DNA of 63,330 nt, filler included, from Folioceros fuciformis (GCA_049999805.1; 5 parts of 5 records of this genome joined end to end with filler, not necessarily neighbours in it), one strand, 5' to 3'; positions 1-11,630 are shown, counted from the first letter of the whole stretch. Notes: generated by a model not told the origin, from the letters alone. Numbers and translations are program-made.

Positions 1-1152
1 CGGAGAGCGTTGGAGAGAAGAGACTTGGTCTCATGAAACAACAATAATTTAATTAAAGGAAAAAGTCTTTAAGTACAAAATTGTAGATAACTAAGTGACT
101 TTTCATTTTTGGGGTTGGTTACTTGACCTAACTTATATGTTTGATTAAAGTCCAAGTGATGTCGTTATCAGACGACCCTAACCGGGTTCAACAGCTCTAT
201 CTCCTCTTCGTGATCACCAAACAAGAGCCTTAGTCTACAGATAAGGAGAGTGATCATATTAGATGTGGGTGCAGCCTAATTGTCATTTACTCTTTGGCAA
301 TTTCTATAAGGATTAGGTGGTCAACAAGCGATATTACTTTTCATGGAGATTTTGAAAAAAGCTACTAGTGTGAGCTAAAAGCTAAGAACCAGACCCCATC
401 CTTGAGCAAAAGCAAAGATGAGCCAGAGTTGGCCTGGAATTCTTAAGGAGAACTAACTATACATATGCATAATGGTTCTCCAAGAGGGACACATGAAGCC
501 TTCACAACCCAACCTTGGACACCAAAAGGAAGCAAAGGAAAGTGGTGCATGACAACCCAAGAATACAAGACAAGAGGGGCATGAAGTGTGCAAAGGCAAA
601 CACATTTTAGAGAATGCCTCGATGTAGATAAAAAGGAGTGTCGTGGTAAGGAGAGCTTCAAATAAACTGGGTAGCAGTACTCTAGAGACAAATATATCAG
701 ATGAGGAAAAATTAAAATCTTTGTACCTGGGCGCTCAAATTGGAGAAGCTGTGGATGTAGTATGAGGTGTGGAATCCCTGTTTAGTCCACATTTTGATGG
801 TGAAGAGACAAGTTTCGATCTCTGGTTGTGAGGTTTCGCTAATTTAGCGAAACGCCGATGCACGACTGGAGCATTAAGGCAAGAGCCCGGCAAAGGAGCA
901 TTCAGTCTTATTGCAATATGGTGTGGGGCCAGCGGTGAGTATGCAATGGCGCCATTGCCAAGCGGGTAGGATCACCTAGCCTCCAATTGGGGACAGCTAG
1001 CAGCGGCACCGCCAAGTAACGGAGTGTGGTGGGCGGCGAAGTGTAGACGTAGACGACGGCACCGGCGTGTTGTGGCCGGAAAATTGGTGTTCTTCTTGCG
1101 AGCAGCGAGCAGGGAGCAGGCTGTGGTAGGTGTACTGAGACGAGTGAGAGCT

Positions 1153-3654
1153 ATGGCGGAGCAGGAGTCAGCCCTAGCGGGCCTGGTGGCCCGCCTGGAG
1201 GTGGCCGTGCAGCGGTTGGAGAGGCTGGACCCCAAGATTTTCTATAATTCCTCCCCGCCTAGATCCGGCGGCGGGGCTCCTTTGCCTACGTCCGTCCCGG
1301 CACCGCTTCCCGTGCCGTCACCCTCCGCTTCCTCCTCGGGGGATGCTCCCTCCGTGGTGGCCTTCCGGGAGCTGCTGGAGTCCACGGACTTCGGCGTGGC
1401 GCGCCTCGTGGCTGTGGCGGAAAAGATCGGGGGGCAGGTGCTGGTGGCCACCAAGCTGCTGCAGGAGGCGTTTGTGGCCGAATATGGCATAGTCAGGGCC
1501 ATTTCGCAGTGCAAGGTTGGTGCTTGCCTCGTTTAATGGGTGGAATGCGAGGTTGGCTGGTTCCGGATCTGCGTCTTCTTGGGCGATGGCGGATCGTGAC
1601 GAATGCGGATTTCGGGGTGTTGGGTTGTGGATCCTTGCCTGGGTCCATGAGCGGTGGGGTGCTGCGTACTGAACGTGACTGAGTGCGCTTGTGGGCACTG
1701 CAGCAACCGGATCTTCAGAATTTGCAGCAGCTGATTAAGCCGCTTGCCGGCGTGATCACAAAGGCTTTCAATCTCACGGAAGGAAGGAGGACCGATGCGT
1801 ATAACCATCTGAAGACTGTGCAAGAAAGTATGTCGGCTCTCTCGTGGGTTGTGTACACAGGGAAGGACTGCGGTGCGTTACCAACCCCATCCGGTGCATT
1901 CGTTGCTTGCGAGCCAGGGGCAAGTACTGCTCACCAGTTTGTGTGAACCAGGTCTCAGTTTGCCCGGACCTCATGTGGATGAGAGCTGGCAAGCGGCTGA
2001 ATTCTACAACAACAAGGTTGGGTGGGCTTTCTGTTTCTCGTTTGCACACGACTGGGGGGTGCAAGTGCACTGCAACGTCCGCTGTGTGCATTATTTTGCA
2101 CTTGGGAAACCTCAGTATGGCTTTTTCTGCGCAGGTCCTTATGGAGTTCCGAGGTAAAGATGAGAACCAGGCAGATTGGGCGAAGTCTATCAAGGCTTTG
2201 TTCACGGTTCGGCTCAAGGACTACGTGAAGAAGTATCACACAACCGGACCTGCTTGGAATCCTTTGGGAATTGAAGTGGCGCAATTTCACGCTGGTGGTG
2301 GCTCAGATGTTCAGAAGAGGGCCAGTCCGGCACCACCACCTCCACCGAAGGCACCTTTGCCGCCGCCACCTCCGCCAGTAGGGATTCCTCCACCATCCGG
2401 CGTTAATGGTGCCAACGGCAAGAAGCCAACCATGAGTGCAGTCTTCCAGGAACTCAACAAGGGAGAGGCTGTGACCTCAGGTACCGATGCTTTCTAGGTA
2501 TTGATCAGAGTAGGGGACGGTAGAGTGTGCATCCGTGCTGAACGTCTGCCGTTTTCAGGGCTGAGGAAAGTGACCGATGATATGAAGACAAAAAACAGGG
2601 CAGACCGGTCGGGTGCGGTGCCTGCTGGATCCGCAACTCCGGGAAAGGATGGGGGAAATGGGCTTTCTTCTGTGTCTGCTCGGATAGGAACTCCTAAGCT
2701 CGAATTGCAACAAGAACGCAAGTGGGTAGTTTGCTTCAAGTTCTGGACGAATGTCTAACTATAGGGTCTGAGCTGATTCGTGACGTGTTGGATTTGCACA
2801 TGGTGATGGTGTGTTTCGCATGGTTAGGTGGGTTGTTGAGTATCAAGATGGCAATAAGAGCATTGTGATAGAGAACTGCAATCCCCGGCAGTCAGTGTAC
2901 GTGTATGCATGCAAAAATTCAGTCATTCAGGTCAAAGGTCAGTACGCCATATTGTTTCAAGGATCTTTGAGTTGCCATCTGTTCCACCGTTTCGTGCAAA
3001 CTGGCTAACGTGCTCTTGTTTGGGAAGCAGGCAAAGTGAACAACATAACAATCGACAAGTGCTCCAAATCCGGACTGGTTTTCCAGGTACATATTCTGCC
3101 CACCACGATCTAGTTGTGCCTCACACTTGGGGTTCTATCTGCCTTGACCCTCATGCGCTCTAATTGCAGGATGTTGTAGCTGCTTGTGAAATCGTGAATT
3201 CGACAAGTGTAGAGGTTCAATGTCAGGTGTGTTCTTCGAAGTGCAATGTCACATTTGTTTTTCAGTCTGTTACGCTTGTAGAAGGTAATTCGATGGCACT
3301 TGGCTTCTGCCTTATCCTCCTCTTATCGTGGTTTTGGTATACCAGGGCACTGCGCCAACCATTGCGGTGGATAACACCAATGGCTGCCAACTGTACCTGA
3401 GTCAGACATCTCTGAGTGCGTCAATCACCACTGCCAAGTCAAGTGAAATCAATGTACTGGTTCCTGGTGCCACTGAAAACGACGACCTGGTATGTAGATC
3501 GACTACCGCCCCTTCTGAGTACCTTCCCATCTTGTATTTGTCTCCACTTTTGACTCTGGTGCTGCAGGTGGAGCTTGCGTTGCCAGAGCAGTTTCTCAAT
3601 GTTTATCAAAATGGCCAGTTCGTCACCACTCCCGTTGCACATTCGGGGGGATAG
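1153..3654 (+). CDS. CAP1: Adenylyl cyclase-associated protein (CAP/Srv2 actin regulator), 10 exons
   Basis: N-terminal RLE motif (ARLEVAVQRLERL), ESWQAAEFYNNK, poly-Pro stretch, GLRKVTDDMKTKNR, C-terminal CARP (WVVEYQ, TTAKSSEINVLVP). GT-AG exons approx. 1153-1515, 1704-1872, 1952-2016, 2135-2480, 2559-2721, 2828-2937, 3031-3086, 3170-3226, 3346-3489, 3568-3654. Confidence 0.95.
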
Positions 3655-3846
3655 GTGCATATTGTCCATTTGACGTAGGTTTTTCTGTTTTCCTACCGAT
3701 AGGTGTCTTTGGTTCCGCCATTTTTTCCCTCTTGACGGTCGTGATCCAAGAGGATTCCATAGGAATGAGTGATCCGCCGAGTTGGGTTTGCAAGCAATGT
3801 CAAGTAACTCCGTTCATGCTTAGCCTCAGGAGAATCGTACATGAAC

Positions 3847-4045
3847 GAAGCCATGACGATGCAGTGCAGAAGCCAATGACGGTCCAGTGCTGAAGCCATG
3901 GCGGTGCAGTGCGGAAGCCATGACGGTGCAGTGCAGGAGCCATGACGGTGCAGTGCGGAAGCCATGAATGACGGTGCAGTGCGGAAGCCATGAATGACGA
4001 TGCAGTGCGGAAGCCATGAATGACGGTGCAGTGCAGAAGCTATGA
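3847..4045. repeat. Minisatellite, about 8 copies of a 22-26 bp unit (GAAGCCATGACGGTGCAGTGCG)
   Basis: Directly visible tandem array; the last three units carry an extra 4 nt (ATGAATGAC). Confidence 0.95.
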
Positions 4046-4347
4046 ACCCAACGAATGTATAGGCAAAGTTACAACACTTCTTACGTACACCTGAAAAGCA
4101 ATTATTACGCTACAAAAATCTTCAGGCTCCCAAGTTTTCCTTCACTCTGATGGCCTTGCGTCGTAACCTTCTGTGTTCCAGTCACGATGGCATCGTACTA
4201 TTGAGTGCTTCGAACACGCAAACCCTTTTGAGAATGAATGAACCGGTTGAGACTAACATGTGGAAAGTTAGACGCTGCGAAGTACGCTGACACAGGCCCG
4301 CATTCGCCAAACCCATTTAGACACACATGCCTTGCAAACCCACTGTC

Positions 4348-5063
4348 CTATATTGGCTTAATCTTGAAATGGAGGCCGATGAGCGAGAACACGAAACACT
4401 TCAAGTCCTGCAAGTGCAACTACAGTCAGAAAAGGAAAAGGACTTCACTACCACAAAAAAACATGACGTTCTCCAGAACTACTACCATTTTCACTTCCCA
4501 ATATCCCAGAGGAAAACAACAATAGAACGGCCACAAACCTGCACAAGGTAGTAAAATATTCGCAAACCCTCAGGATCCTTGCTACTCTGAACGTCCAACA
4601 GGGAGCCGATCTTGGATGTGGTGAAAGAGATGTGCTCATTCCCCATTACAATCTCCAGCTCTTGACGACCAACCCTGTCAGGCTCAGGCCAGTTGTTGTC
4701 ATCCTCCTTCATGAGCTGCACCAACCCACCGCCACACATTCAGGCGTACCCTACAGTTGAGAAACGCAGCAAACCAGAAGCAGAAAAGAAGACAAATTAG
4801 CCAACCTCGCTGTCGGCGATGATCCGACGGCACTCTCGCAAGGCCGCGTGGGTGAGGAAAACCTCCTTTCGGATCATTGTGTCGTTCTTATAGTTGGAGT
4901 TGTTGGCGTAGCGCAGCTTGCCATCGGGCCGGAACTCGAACTCGAGGAACTCGTGCCCGAACTTGCCCTTGTGGCCAACGTAGTAGCGGACATAAAACTC
5001 CCCAACATCCTCCGCCGCCTGCTGCTGCTGCTCCCTGCCTCTTCCCTCCCGCTCCACGTTCAT
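4348..5063 (-). CDS. MAGO: Mago nashi (exon junction complex core protein), 3 exons
   Basis: [75 protein letters not shown]. Exons 5063-4806, 4715-4539, 4407-4348 with GT-AG boundaries. Confidence 0.97.
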
Positions 5064-5158
5064 GGCGCCCAAGCTCATATTACGCTCCCGACAGAAATCG
5101 AGCTCACACGCATTGGTTCTGACGATCACCAACGAAGCAACGAAGCCCTAACAAAAGA

Positions 5159-5440
5159 GCGTTTTGCTTCACAAGTCTGAGCGCTGTTGTAACGTACCCA
5201 CGTACTTATTCGGAAGAAAGAAAGAGAGAGAGAAAAAAAAAGAGGAGACTTTATTATAAAAAACGATATTAACAACCCATCTACCCTTATACTCATATGT
5301 ACAACCTGCTTGTGATGCTAGAATTCCTAGAAAAAGACAAGCGTTTGCTTCTTCACAACTCTGCGCGCTGTTGTGACGTGCCTTCCTACTTATTCACTAC
5401 TTATTGAGAAGGAAAAAGAAGTAGAGACTTTATTATAAGA
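5159..5440. repeat. Diverged direct duplication (~100 bp x2) upstream of MAGO
   Basis: GCGTTT..CTTCACAA.TCTG.GCGCTGTTGT.ACGT...TACTTATT...GAGACTTT(T)ATTATAA at 5159-5260 and again at 5341-5440. Confidence 0.75.
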
Positions 5441-7019
5441 AAGGGAACAACTCAAGGGATTAGCTTACAAATATCGATATGGACAACATACTTGTGATAT
5501 AAAATTTGTGACCCCTTGCATGTGGGGTTGTCTTAGGTCATCACAAGCATGACCGCATTGGCTTGGTGTGCCCTACTTATGGAATAGGTATAGGAACTAC
5601 TAGTGCACTGTTTTTCTCAACCGTATAATTATACAAGAATATACTACATCATCTTGGTCCTCATTTGCTCCATGTCATCTAGGGAATACCAATGTGATCA
5701 AGAGATGTGTGATATAAAATTTTATTTGTCCCACATATAGTTTGGAATGTGGAATTCTCGTCTTTACAAACATGACTATATCAGCGATTTGCGGCAATCT
5801 AGGCTTTATGATTGGGCCACACCAACTCCTGATGATATATGCTTTCTAACACTCTATCTTAAACCACATATACCTTTTAGCACACTATCTTACAATGACA
5901 TATGCTTTCTAGCACACTATCTTGACATAGATTTTTTTTTCAGTCACAAACCCCACTTGCAATAGGATACTTCTTAAGATTTCAACAATCTTGGGACAAC
6001 ACACCAAGTGAACATGTTCGCTTTTGCTACCATGGCCATGATTACAAGAGCATTTTTCCTCCCTCTTCATACAATTCGTAGACCTAGGGGGGAATGAAAT
6101 CTCATATCTTTATTCCATACCCTATGAGGACAAGCTGAAGGTACACAAGCATTCATTGCAAAACACACACCCATTGATGCCATAGAGCGAAGAAGGCATA
6201 TATATATCTTCATCTCCATGGACATTGTCTGCTTCTACATTCTTAATGCACGCAATCTTCACCAATGATTCTAGGAATTCCCTAAATATGATTCTTTATC
6301 CTACATACCTTAACACCATTGAGATTATCGAACTCATATTAGCTAATAACAATATTAGATCTCCACACTTGGGCCTCATCCCGTTTTGAGAATTGTTTGT
6401 GACTAAGGTACTCAATAGAAGTCGCAAAATACAAAATACAATTGTGAGCAAGGAGGTAAAGCAACGAAAATGTAGGAAACATTCATAAGTGTGGCATTGC
6501 GATAAGGTATCACCATTAGAAGCCATATTTGCATGAAATACAACATCATTAGCAAGCTTGGGATCGGGCTTCCTCTTGTGGCTAGCTTCCTACTTCATTA
6601 CACATAGATTATATTCCATGGAGTGCAACCTGAAGGTCCTTTTAAATGTAGGCAATTCGCAAGTGTCTAGGTAGGGCATTTGCTTGCGCTTCGCACACAA
6701 CTAGTCAAGTGGAGTACTCCACATGACACAAGACACCGTTCTGATATGGAACATGCAAACTTCTAATCAATTTGCACTAATGGGGGGACCAAGATGACAC
6801 GATTATGTTTGTGATGGTTAGAAACCACTGCCATACGTGGAGGTTGCAAATTTATTATCACAACCAGGTTGTCCTTATATGTATCCCATGGAGGGCATCT
6901 TCATGCAACCATCATAACTTTTTTATGTTACACAATTTTCTTTCTCACACAAGTGAGAAGCATATGCAATCAATTTTTTCCGACACAAGCCATGACTCTA
7001 TGTCACACTTGTTACATTT

Positions 7020-7250
7020 CTAGCCGCGGAGGACCTACGTAGCATATTGCTAAAGGTAGGGTCATATTCTTGGTCATAGGGGAGTTATAGACCCAACACA
7101 TTGCCAAAGGTAGAGTCACATTCGTAGTAGTGAAGCTATGCAACAGACTATAATCGTGGAGGAGCTATGTAACACATTACCAAAGGTAGGGTCATATTCA
7201 TAGCCGTAAAGGAGCTACGTAGCACATTGCCAAAGGAGTGTCATATGGAG
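7020..7250. repeat. Degenerate tandem repeat (~55-70 bp unit, about 4 copies) in AT-rich TE-like DNA
   Basis: Recurrent GGAGCTACGTAGCACATTGCCAAAGGTAGGGTCATATTC. Confidence 0.75.
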
Positions 7251-8459
7251 AAGGGATATAGTACATTGATAGAGGTTAAGGGGAAAGACAAGATAGGGTC
7301 TTACCATAACGGCAGCCGTTCCAAAGATGCAGCCATTTTCTTTTACATCTTGGGTCTTCTCAAGACAAAGTTGCAATGGCCAATGAAGCTTAAACGGATG
7401 ATGGCGCTACTATCCTCACCAACCTACAACATCTAATGGAGATGTGTGCATGTACCAACTTTGTAGATAGATGGCCTATATCGAGCACCTCCCATGCATA
7501 GATGGCATAAAAATGCTCAATACTAACTACTACAATTAAGGGGTTTTTTTACAACATGTGCGTCATCTAATGCAATGTTTAAGTACATTTTCCTAATACA
7601 ATGTTAATGCCCCTACCTACTACAATGTTAGTGTATCTAGATGCCTACTACAATGTTAGTGCGTCTAGGCACCTATTGCAATGTTGGCGTCTTTGCCTAC
7701 TGTAATATTGATGTGTTTGTTAGAAGACTTAAAGGGAGAATTAGATCTTGGCAACCTTGAGATTTGCACATAGAATCTTGAGAGCTACTAAAGCGAATTG
7801 AATGTTTTGCTGGAGCTTGTTTTGCTAGAACTCCAGCAACTGGGCTCCTTGCTTCCTTGCAAAGTCATTCGAAAAGTTTTCACACAAAGTCTTTTGGTTG
7901 CAAATGACTAGCCTAAAAAGTGAAGGCATATGTAAGTTTTCTCTAGCATAACAAAACAAGATACTACAAATGACACCTGAATTTCATTTGCAATGCTTGC
8001 ACATTTCACTGGAGGTGTAATCGGAAGCTAGCCTACAAACTTGTTGGCCTCTAACTACATGGCTACCGAGGTCTAGTGTGATCAACTGGTTAAAGGATAT
8101 GTCCGCCAACTTGCTATGGTGGCGCAAACATGACAAACTTGAAGAAACCTTAAACCAAGTTTTTTAACATGTGCTTATGTCTGGGGTTGTCATACAAAGT
8201 TATGAGACAAAGCCGTAGGAACAAAAACAAGGCATATGTTCCTTCTCGGTTCACAACCTTGAAGAGACAAGGAACATATGAGAGCTTGTAGATGTAAGCT
8301 TGGTGATATGGAATTGTAGAAGACTACGAAGATCATAAGATCTCGAGGCATATTCACTGTATAATATGCACTTGAGGTTGAGAAAAAAAAATCACGTATC
8401 CTTATTCCATACCTCTATGATGTAATTTCAAATTCAGTTATAATTATTAAGAACAATCA

Positions 8460-11400
8460 ATGGAACAACTAGAATGTACAGAATTCGGATACCTCATATT
8501 TGGCTTGCCAGGTCGAGGGAGAATGGCGGTCAACCAACAACGCTTTCGTCTCAATGCCTTGCCATCGAATTTTCCACTGACAGAAAATGCAGGCGAGAAG
8601 CGGGCGGGATTTAGTGGCGGATCCGTGTACCCCAGATGCCCGCCAGGTAATGGACGTCGGGTTCATTCTGAGATGCACGCAGCGCTTCCTGGACTGGAGA
8701 ACTGCAAAGGAGGAGTTGCGCCAAACGAGGTGCCGGAGGTTTTGTGGCGAGGATTTTTTAGAAGTTCTACACCGTGGAAGGATAGCAGGCAGGAGAAGAG
8801 AAGCCCTAGCCATCCTGACTTCAGGCACAAAACATCCCAGCAGGCACTGTGGCTGGACAATGCAGGCAAGCCTGCGTGGGATCCTGAAGGAGGAGGTCGG
8901 AGTAAGGGGTGGCAGGGAGCAGGAGCCCTGGGAGAGATGTCAACGGGGAATGGCAATGCTGCAGCTCCACCTTCGTCGGTTGAGCAGGAAAGCCGAGACG
9001 AGGTTTTGTGGCAGGATTTGTTCTCCGACCCCGCTCTCTGGTGGGACAATAGGAGAGAGAAGAGGAGCCCCCGTCATCCTGATTTCAAGCACAAGAGGTC
9101 CAAGGTGGGTTTGTGGCTGGACAACTCGCACAAGCCTGCCTGGGTGGACACGAAGCTTGCCACCTTGGATGAACTGGGAGTTGGGCTGAGTGGGAATTCC
9201 GAGGGTGAAGGCTCGCGAGGACTTTGCTGGGAGGGAGAGCTTGTGGATGCCGTCGGCGCGTTGGATCAATTGGTGCAGATGAAATCCTCTGTTGATACCT
9301 CAGTCTTCAGTCGGCTGCTGAAGAGATGCACGGAAGCAAGGGATCTGGTTCTTGGCAATCGTATCCACTCCCTTGCTGGTCAGGCTGGGTATGATTCAGA
9401 TGCATTCGTTGCCAATCATCTCATCCGGATGTATACTTCCCATGGGAGGTTGGAGGAGGCAAACCAGGTCTTCAATAAGGTGCGTGCACCAGACAACCAT
9501 ACGTGGGAGGCCATTATTTCAGCACATGCTCAATATGGCCAGTTCGTGCAAGCCATAGGTCTCTATCGACAAATGCGGCGAGACTCGTTGGTGAAGCCGA
9601 ACAGCTATGTCTTTGTGGCTGTCCTCAAGGTGTGTGCTGGTGCAGCTGATTTGGCCTCTGGGAAGGAAGTTCATGCTGATATGTTGAAGAGTAAAGTTGA
9701 ACCCAACGTGTACTTGGGAAGCTGCTTAGTAGACATGTATGCCAAGTGCGGGAGCATACAGGATGCTCGCATGGTTTTTGACAGTTCAGCAGAAAAAGAT
9801 GTGGTGACATGGAATGCTATGATGACAGCTTACGCTCAGAATGGTCTGGGTCAAGAGGCCCTCAATCTTTATGCAAGTATGCTAAAGGACAGCTCTATGC
9901 AACCCAACCTTGTAACATATATGTGCCTGCTCAGGGCGTGTGCTAGCATCAAAGCGTTGGAGCAGGGTAAGCAGCTGCATGCGGAGGTCCAAAAGAAAGG
10001 CCTGCAAGCTGATGTGTTTATTGGCAGTTGCCTGGTGGACCTGTATGCGAAGTGTGGAAGTTTATTGGATGCTCGTCACGTGTTTGACAAACTGCCTACA
10101 AGAGATTTGGTGACCTGGAATGTCATGATCTCAGGGTATGCACAGCAGGAGATGGGTCGAGAAGCCCTTGACCTTTATGGTTGTATGCGGCAGGAAGGCA
10201 TTATCTCAGCCGATCACGTAACATACGCATCCCTCTTGAAAGCTTGTGCCAGTACCGGAGCTGTGCATGAAGGCAGAAAGCTTCATTTAGAAATTCAGGA
10301 AGCAGGGCTGGCGGCTGATATGGTTGTTGGGAGTTGCCTGGTGGACATGTATGCAAAATTCGGTAGTTTAGAAGATGCTCGCAGAGTGTTTGATGCGTTG
10401 TTAAGAAGAGATGTGGTGACATGGACTTCTATTATTGCAGGATATGCACAGCAGGGAATGGGTCAGGAAGCCCTGGCTCTGTATGCACGAATGCTAGGAG
10501 ATGGCATGACTCCAGCTAATAATGTCACAATTGTCTGCCTTCTGCAAGCATGCGCCTCTGTCGGTGCGTTGCATCAAGGAAAGCAGCTTCATGCTCAAAT
10601 TCGGGAACGAGGTTTAGAATCCGATGTGGTTATCGGCAGCTGCTTGGTGGACATGTATGCAAAGTGCGCAGACCTGAACGAAGCTCGGCGAGTGTTTGAC
10701 ACATTGTCCGTGAAAGATGCAGTGACATGGACCGCTCTGCTTAATGGGTACGCTGAACATGGTGAGGCCCAAGTGGCCATGGATTTTTTTGATGAGATGC
10801 GGCAGCACGGAGTCAAGCTTGATGATGCCATCTTCACGAGTCTTCTTGTGGCATGCAGTCACTCGGGCCGGATCACTGATGGGCAGCGATACTTCTTGCT
10901 GATGAATGAAAATGGCATTATGCCGACTGTCAAACACTATGTTTGCATGGTAGACTTGTTTGCACGCTCGGGCCAATTAGATGAGGCAGAAAATCTGTTG
11001 CTGACCATCCCGTATGAAAGTAGCGCAGCAGGTTGGACGTCTCTGCTGAGTGCCTGCAAGAACCACGGTGACGTCGTGCGGGCAAAACGATGTTTCCACC
11101 GGCTTGTTGAATTGGAGCCTGGCAATGCGTCCGCATATGTGCTCCTTGGTTATACGTATGCCTCTGCTGGCAGGTGGGAGGCTGTGGAGGAAGTAGAAAT
11201 GTTGAGGAAGGCTGCTGGAGCTTGGAAGAAGCCTGCGAAGGCGTGCATTGAAGTGAAGAACGTAGTGCACGAGTTTACAGTTGGTGAAAGTAGGCCTGAT
11301 ATCTCATCCGGCCTGAGAACCTTGAATATGAAGGTGAAGGACGAGGGAGGCCATGTGCCCAAGAAAGAGTTGGTGTTGAAGTCTATGTCCGACAGCGAGA

Positions 11401-11630
11401 AGGAAGATGCATTATGTGGGCATGCAGAAAAACTTGCGTTGGCATATGGTCTTCTGAACACCCCAGATGGCACTCCTCTGTTAGTAACCAAGAATCTGCG
11501 CATGTGCGATGACTGCCACAGCAGCACCAAGATCATGTCTCGGCTGGAGAAGCGAGAAATCATAGTTAGAGACGCCCATCGGGTGCACCGCTTTATCGAT
11601 GGCTCTTGCTTATGTGGCGACCGGCATTGA
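8460..11630 (+). CDS. PLS-class PPR protein with E1-E2 and DYW:KP (DRH-ending) domain and two N-terminal OSB-like PDF motifs; putative organellar U-to-C RNA editing factor; intronless
   Basis: About 17 P/L/S repeats (e.g. VVTWNAMMTAYAQNG, GSCLVDMYAKCG), E1/E2, KP box KKPAKACIEV (11226-11255), HAEKLA (11421), CDDCH (11505), C-terminus CLCGDRH*. Start could be 8460 or 8523. Confidence 0.95.
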   Translation: MEQLECTEFGYLIFGLPGRGRMAVNQQRFRLNALPSNFPLTENAGEKRAGFSGGSVYPRCPPGNGRRVHSEMHAALPGLENCKGGVAPNEVPEVLWRGFFRSSTPWKDSRQEKRSPSHPDFRHKTSQQALWLDNAGKPAWDPEGGGRSKGWQGAGALGEMSTGNGNAAAPPSSVEQESRDEVLWQDLFSDPALWWDNRREKRSPRHPDFKHKRSKVGLWLDNSHKPAWVDTKLATLDELGVGLSGNSEGEGSRGLCWEGELVDAVGALDQLVQMKSSVDTSVFSRLLKRCTEARDLVLGNRIHSLAGQAGYDSDAFVANHLIRMYTSHGRLEEANQVFNKVRAPDNHTWEAIISAHAQYGQFVQAIGLYRQMRRDSLVKPNSYVFVAVLKVCAGAADLASGKEVHADMLKSKVEPNVYLGSCLVDMYAKCGSIQDARMVFDSSAEKDVVTWNAMMTAYAQNGLGQEALNLYASMLKDSSMQPNLVTYMCLLRACASIKALEQGKQLHAEVQKKGLQADVFIGSCLVDLYAKCGSLLDARHVFDKLPTRDLVTWNVMISGYAQQEMGREALDLYGCMRQEGIISADHVTYASLLKACASTGAVHEGRKLHLEIQEAGLAADMVVGSCLVDMYAKFGSLEDARRVFDALLRRDVVTWTSIIAGYAQQGMGQEALALYARMLGDGMTPANNVTIVCLLQACASVGALHQGKQLHAQIRERGLESDVVIGSCLVDMYAKCADLNEARRVFDTLSVKDAVTWTALLNGYAEHGEAQVAMDFFDEMRQHGVKLDDAIFTSLLVACSHSGRITDGQRYFLLMNENGIMPTVKHYVCMVDLFARSGQLDEAENLLLTIPYESSAAGWTSLLSACKNHGDVVRAKRCFHRLVELEPGNASAYVLLGYTYASAGRWEAVEEVEMLRKAAGAWKKPAKACIEVKNVVHEFTVGESRPDISSGLRTLNMKVKDEGGHVPKKELVLKSMSDSEKEDALCGHAEKLALAYGLLNTPDGTPLLVTKNLRMCDDCHSSTKIMSRLEKREIIVRDAHRVHRFIDGSCLCGDRH
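8742..9146 (+). other. Two tandem PDF motifs (OSB-family ssDNA-binding motif) within the PPR ORF: 8742-8879 and 9006-9146
   Basis: LWRGFFRSSTPWKDSRQEKRSPSHPDFRHKTSQQALWLDNAGKPAW and LWQDLFSDPALWWDNRREKRSPRHPDFKHKRSKVGLWLDNSHKPAWV match the LW..FF..P..WWDNR..K.NP..PDFKHK....LW signature of plant OSB proteins (recognised from memory). Confidence 0.88.

Noticed and set aside
3847-4045. CRISPR-like array or repetitive His-rich peptides (MASALHRH...)
   Set aside because: Units are contiguous with no unique spacers, there are no cas genes, and the context is eukaryotic. The ORFs are artefacts of the repeat.
5500-8400. AT-rich region with short repeats and a ~33-bp direct repeat (about 6097-6127 and 8388-8420) as a defined transposon
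   Set aside because: Probably TE-derived, but no TIR, LTR pair, TSD or recognisable coding domain could be established.
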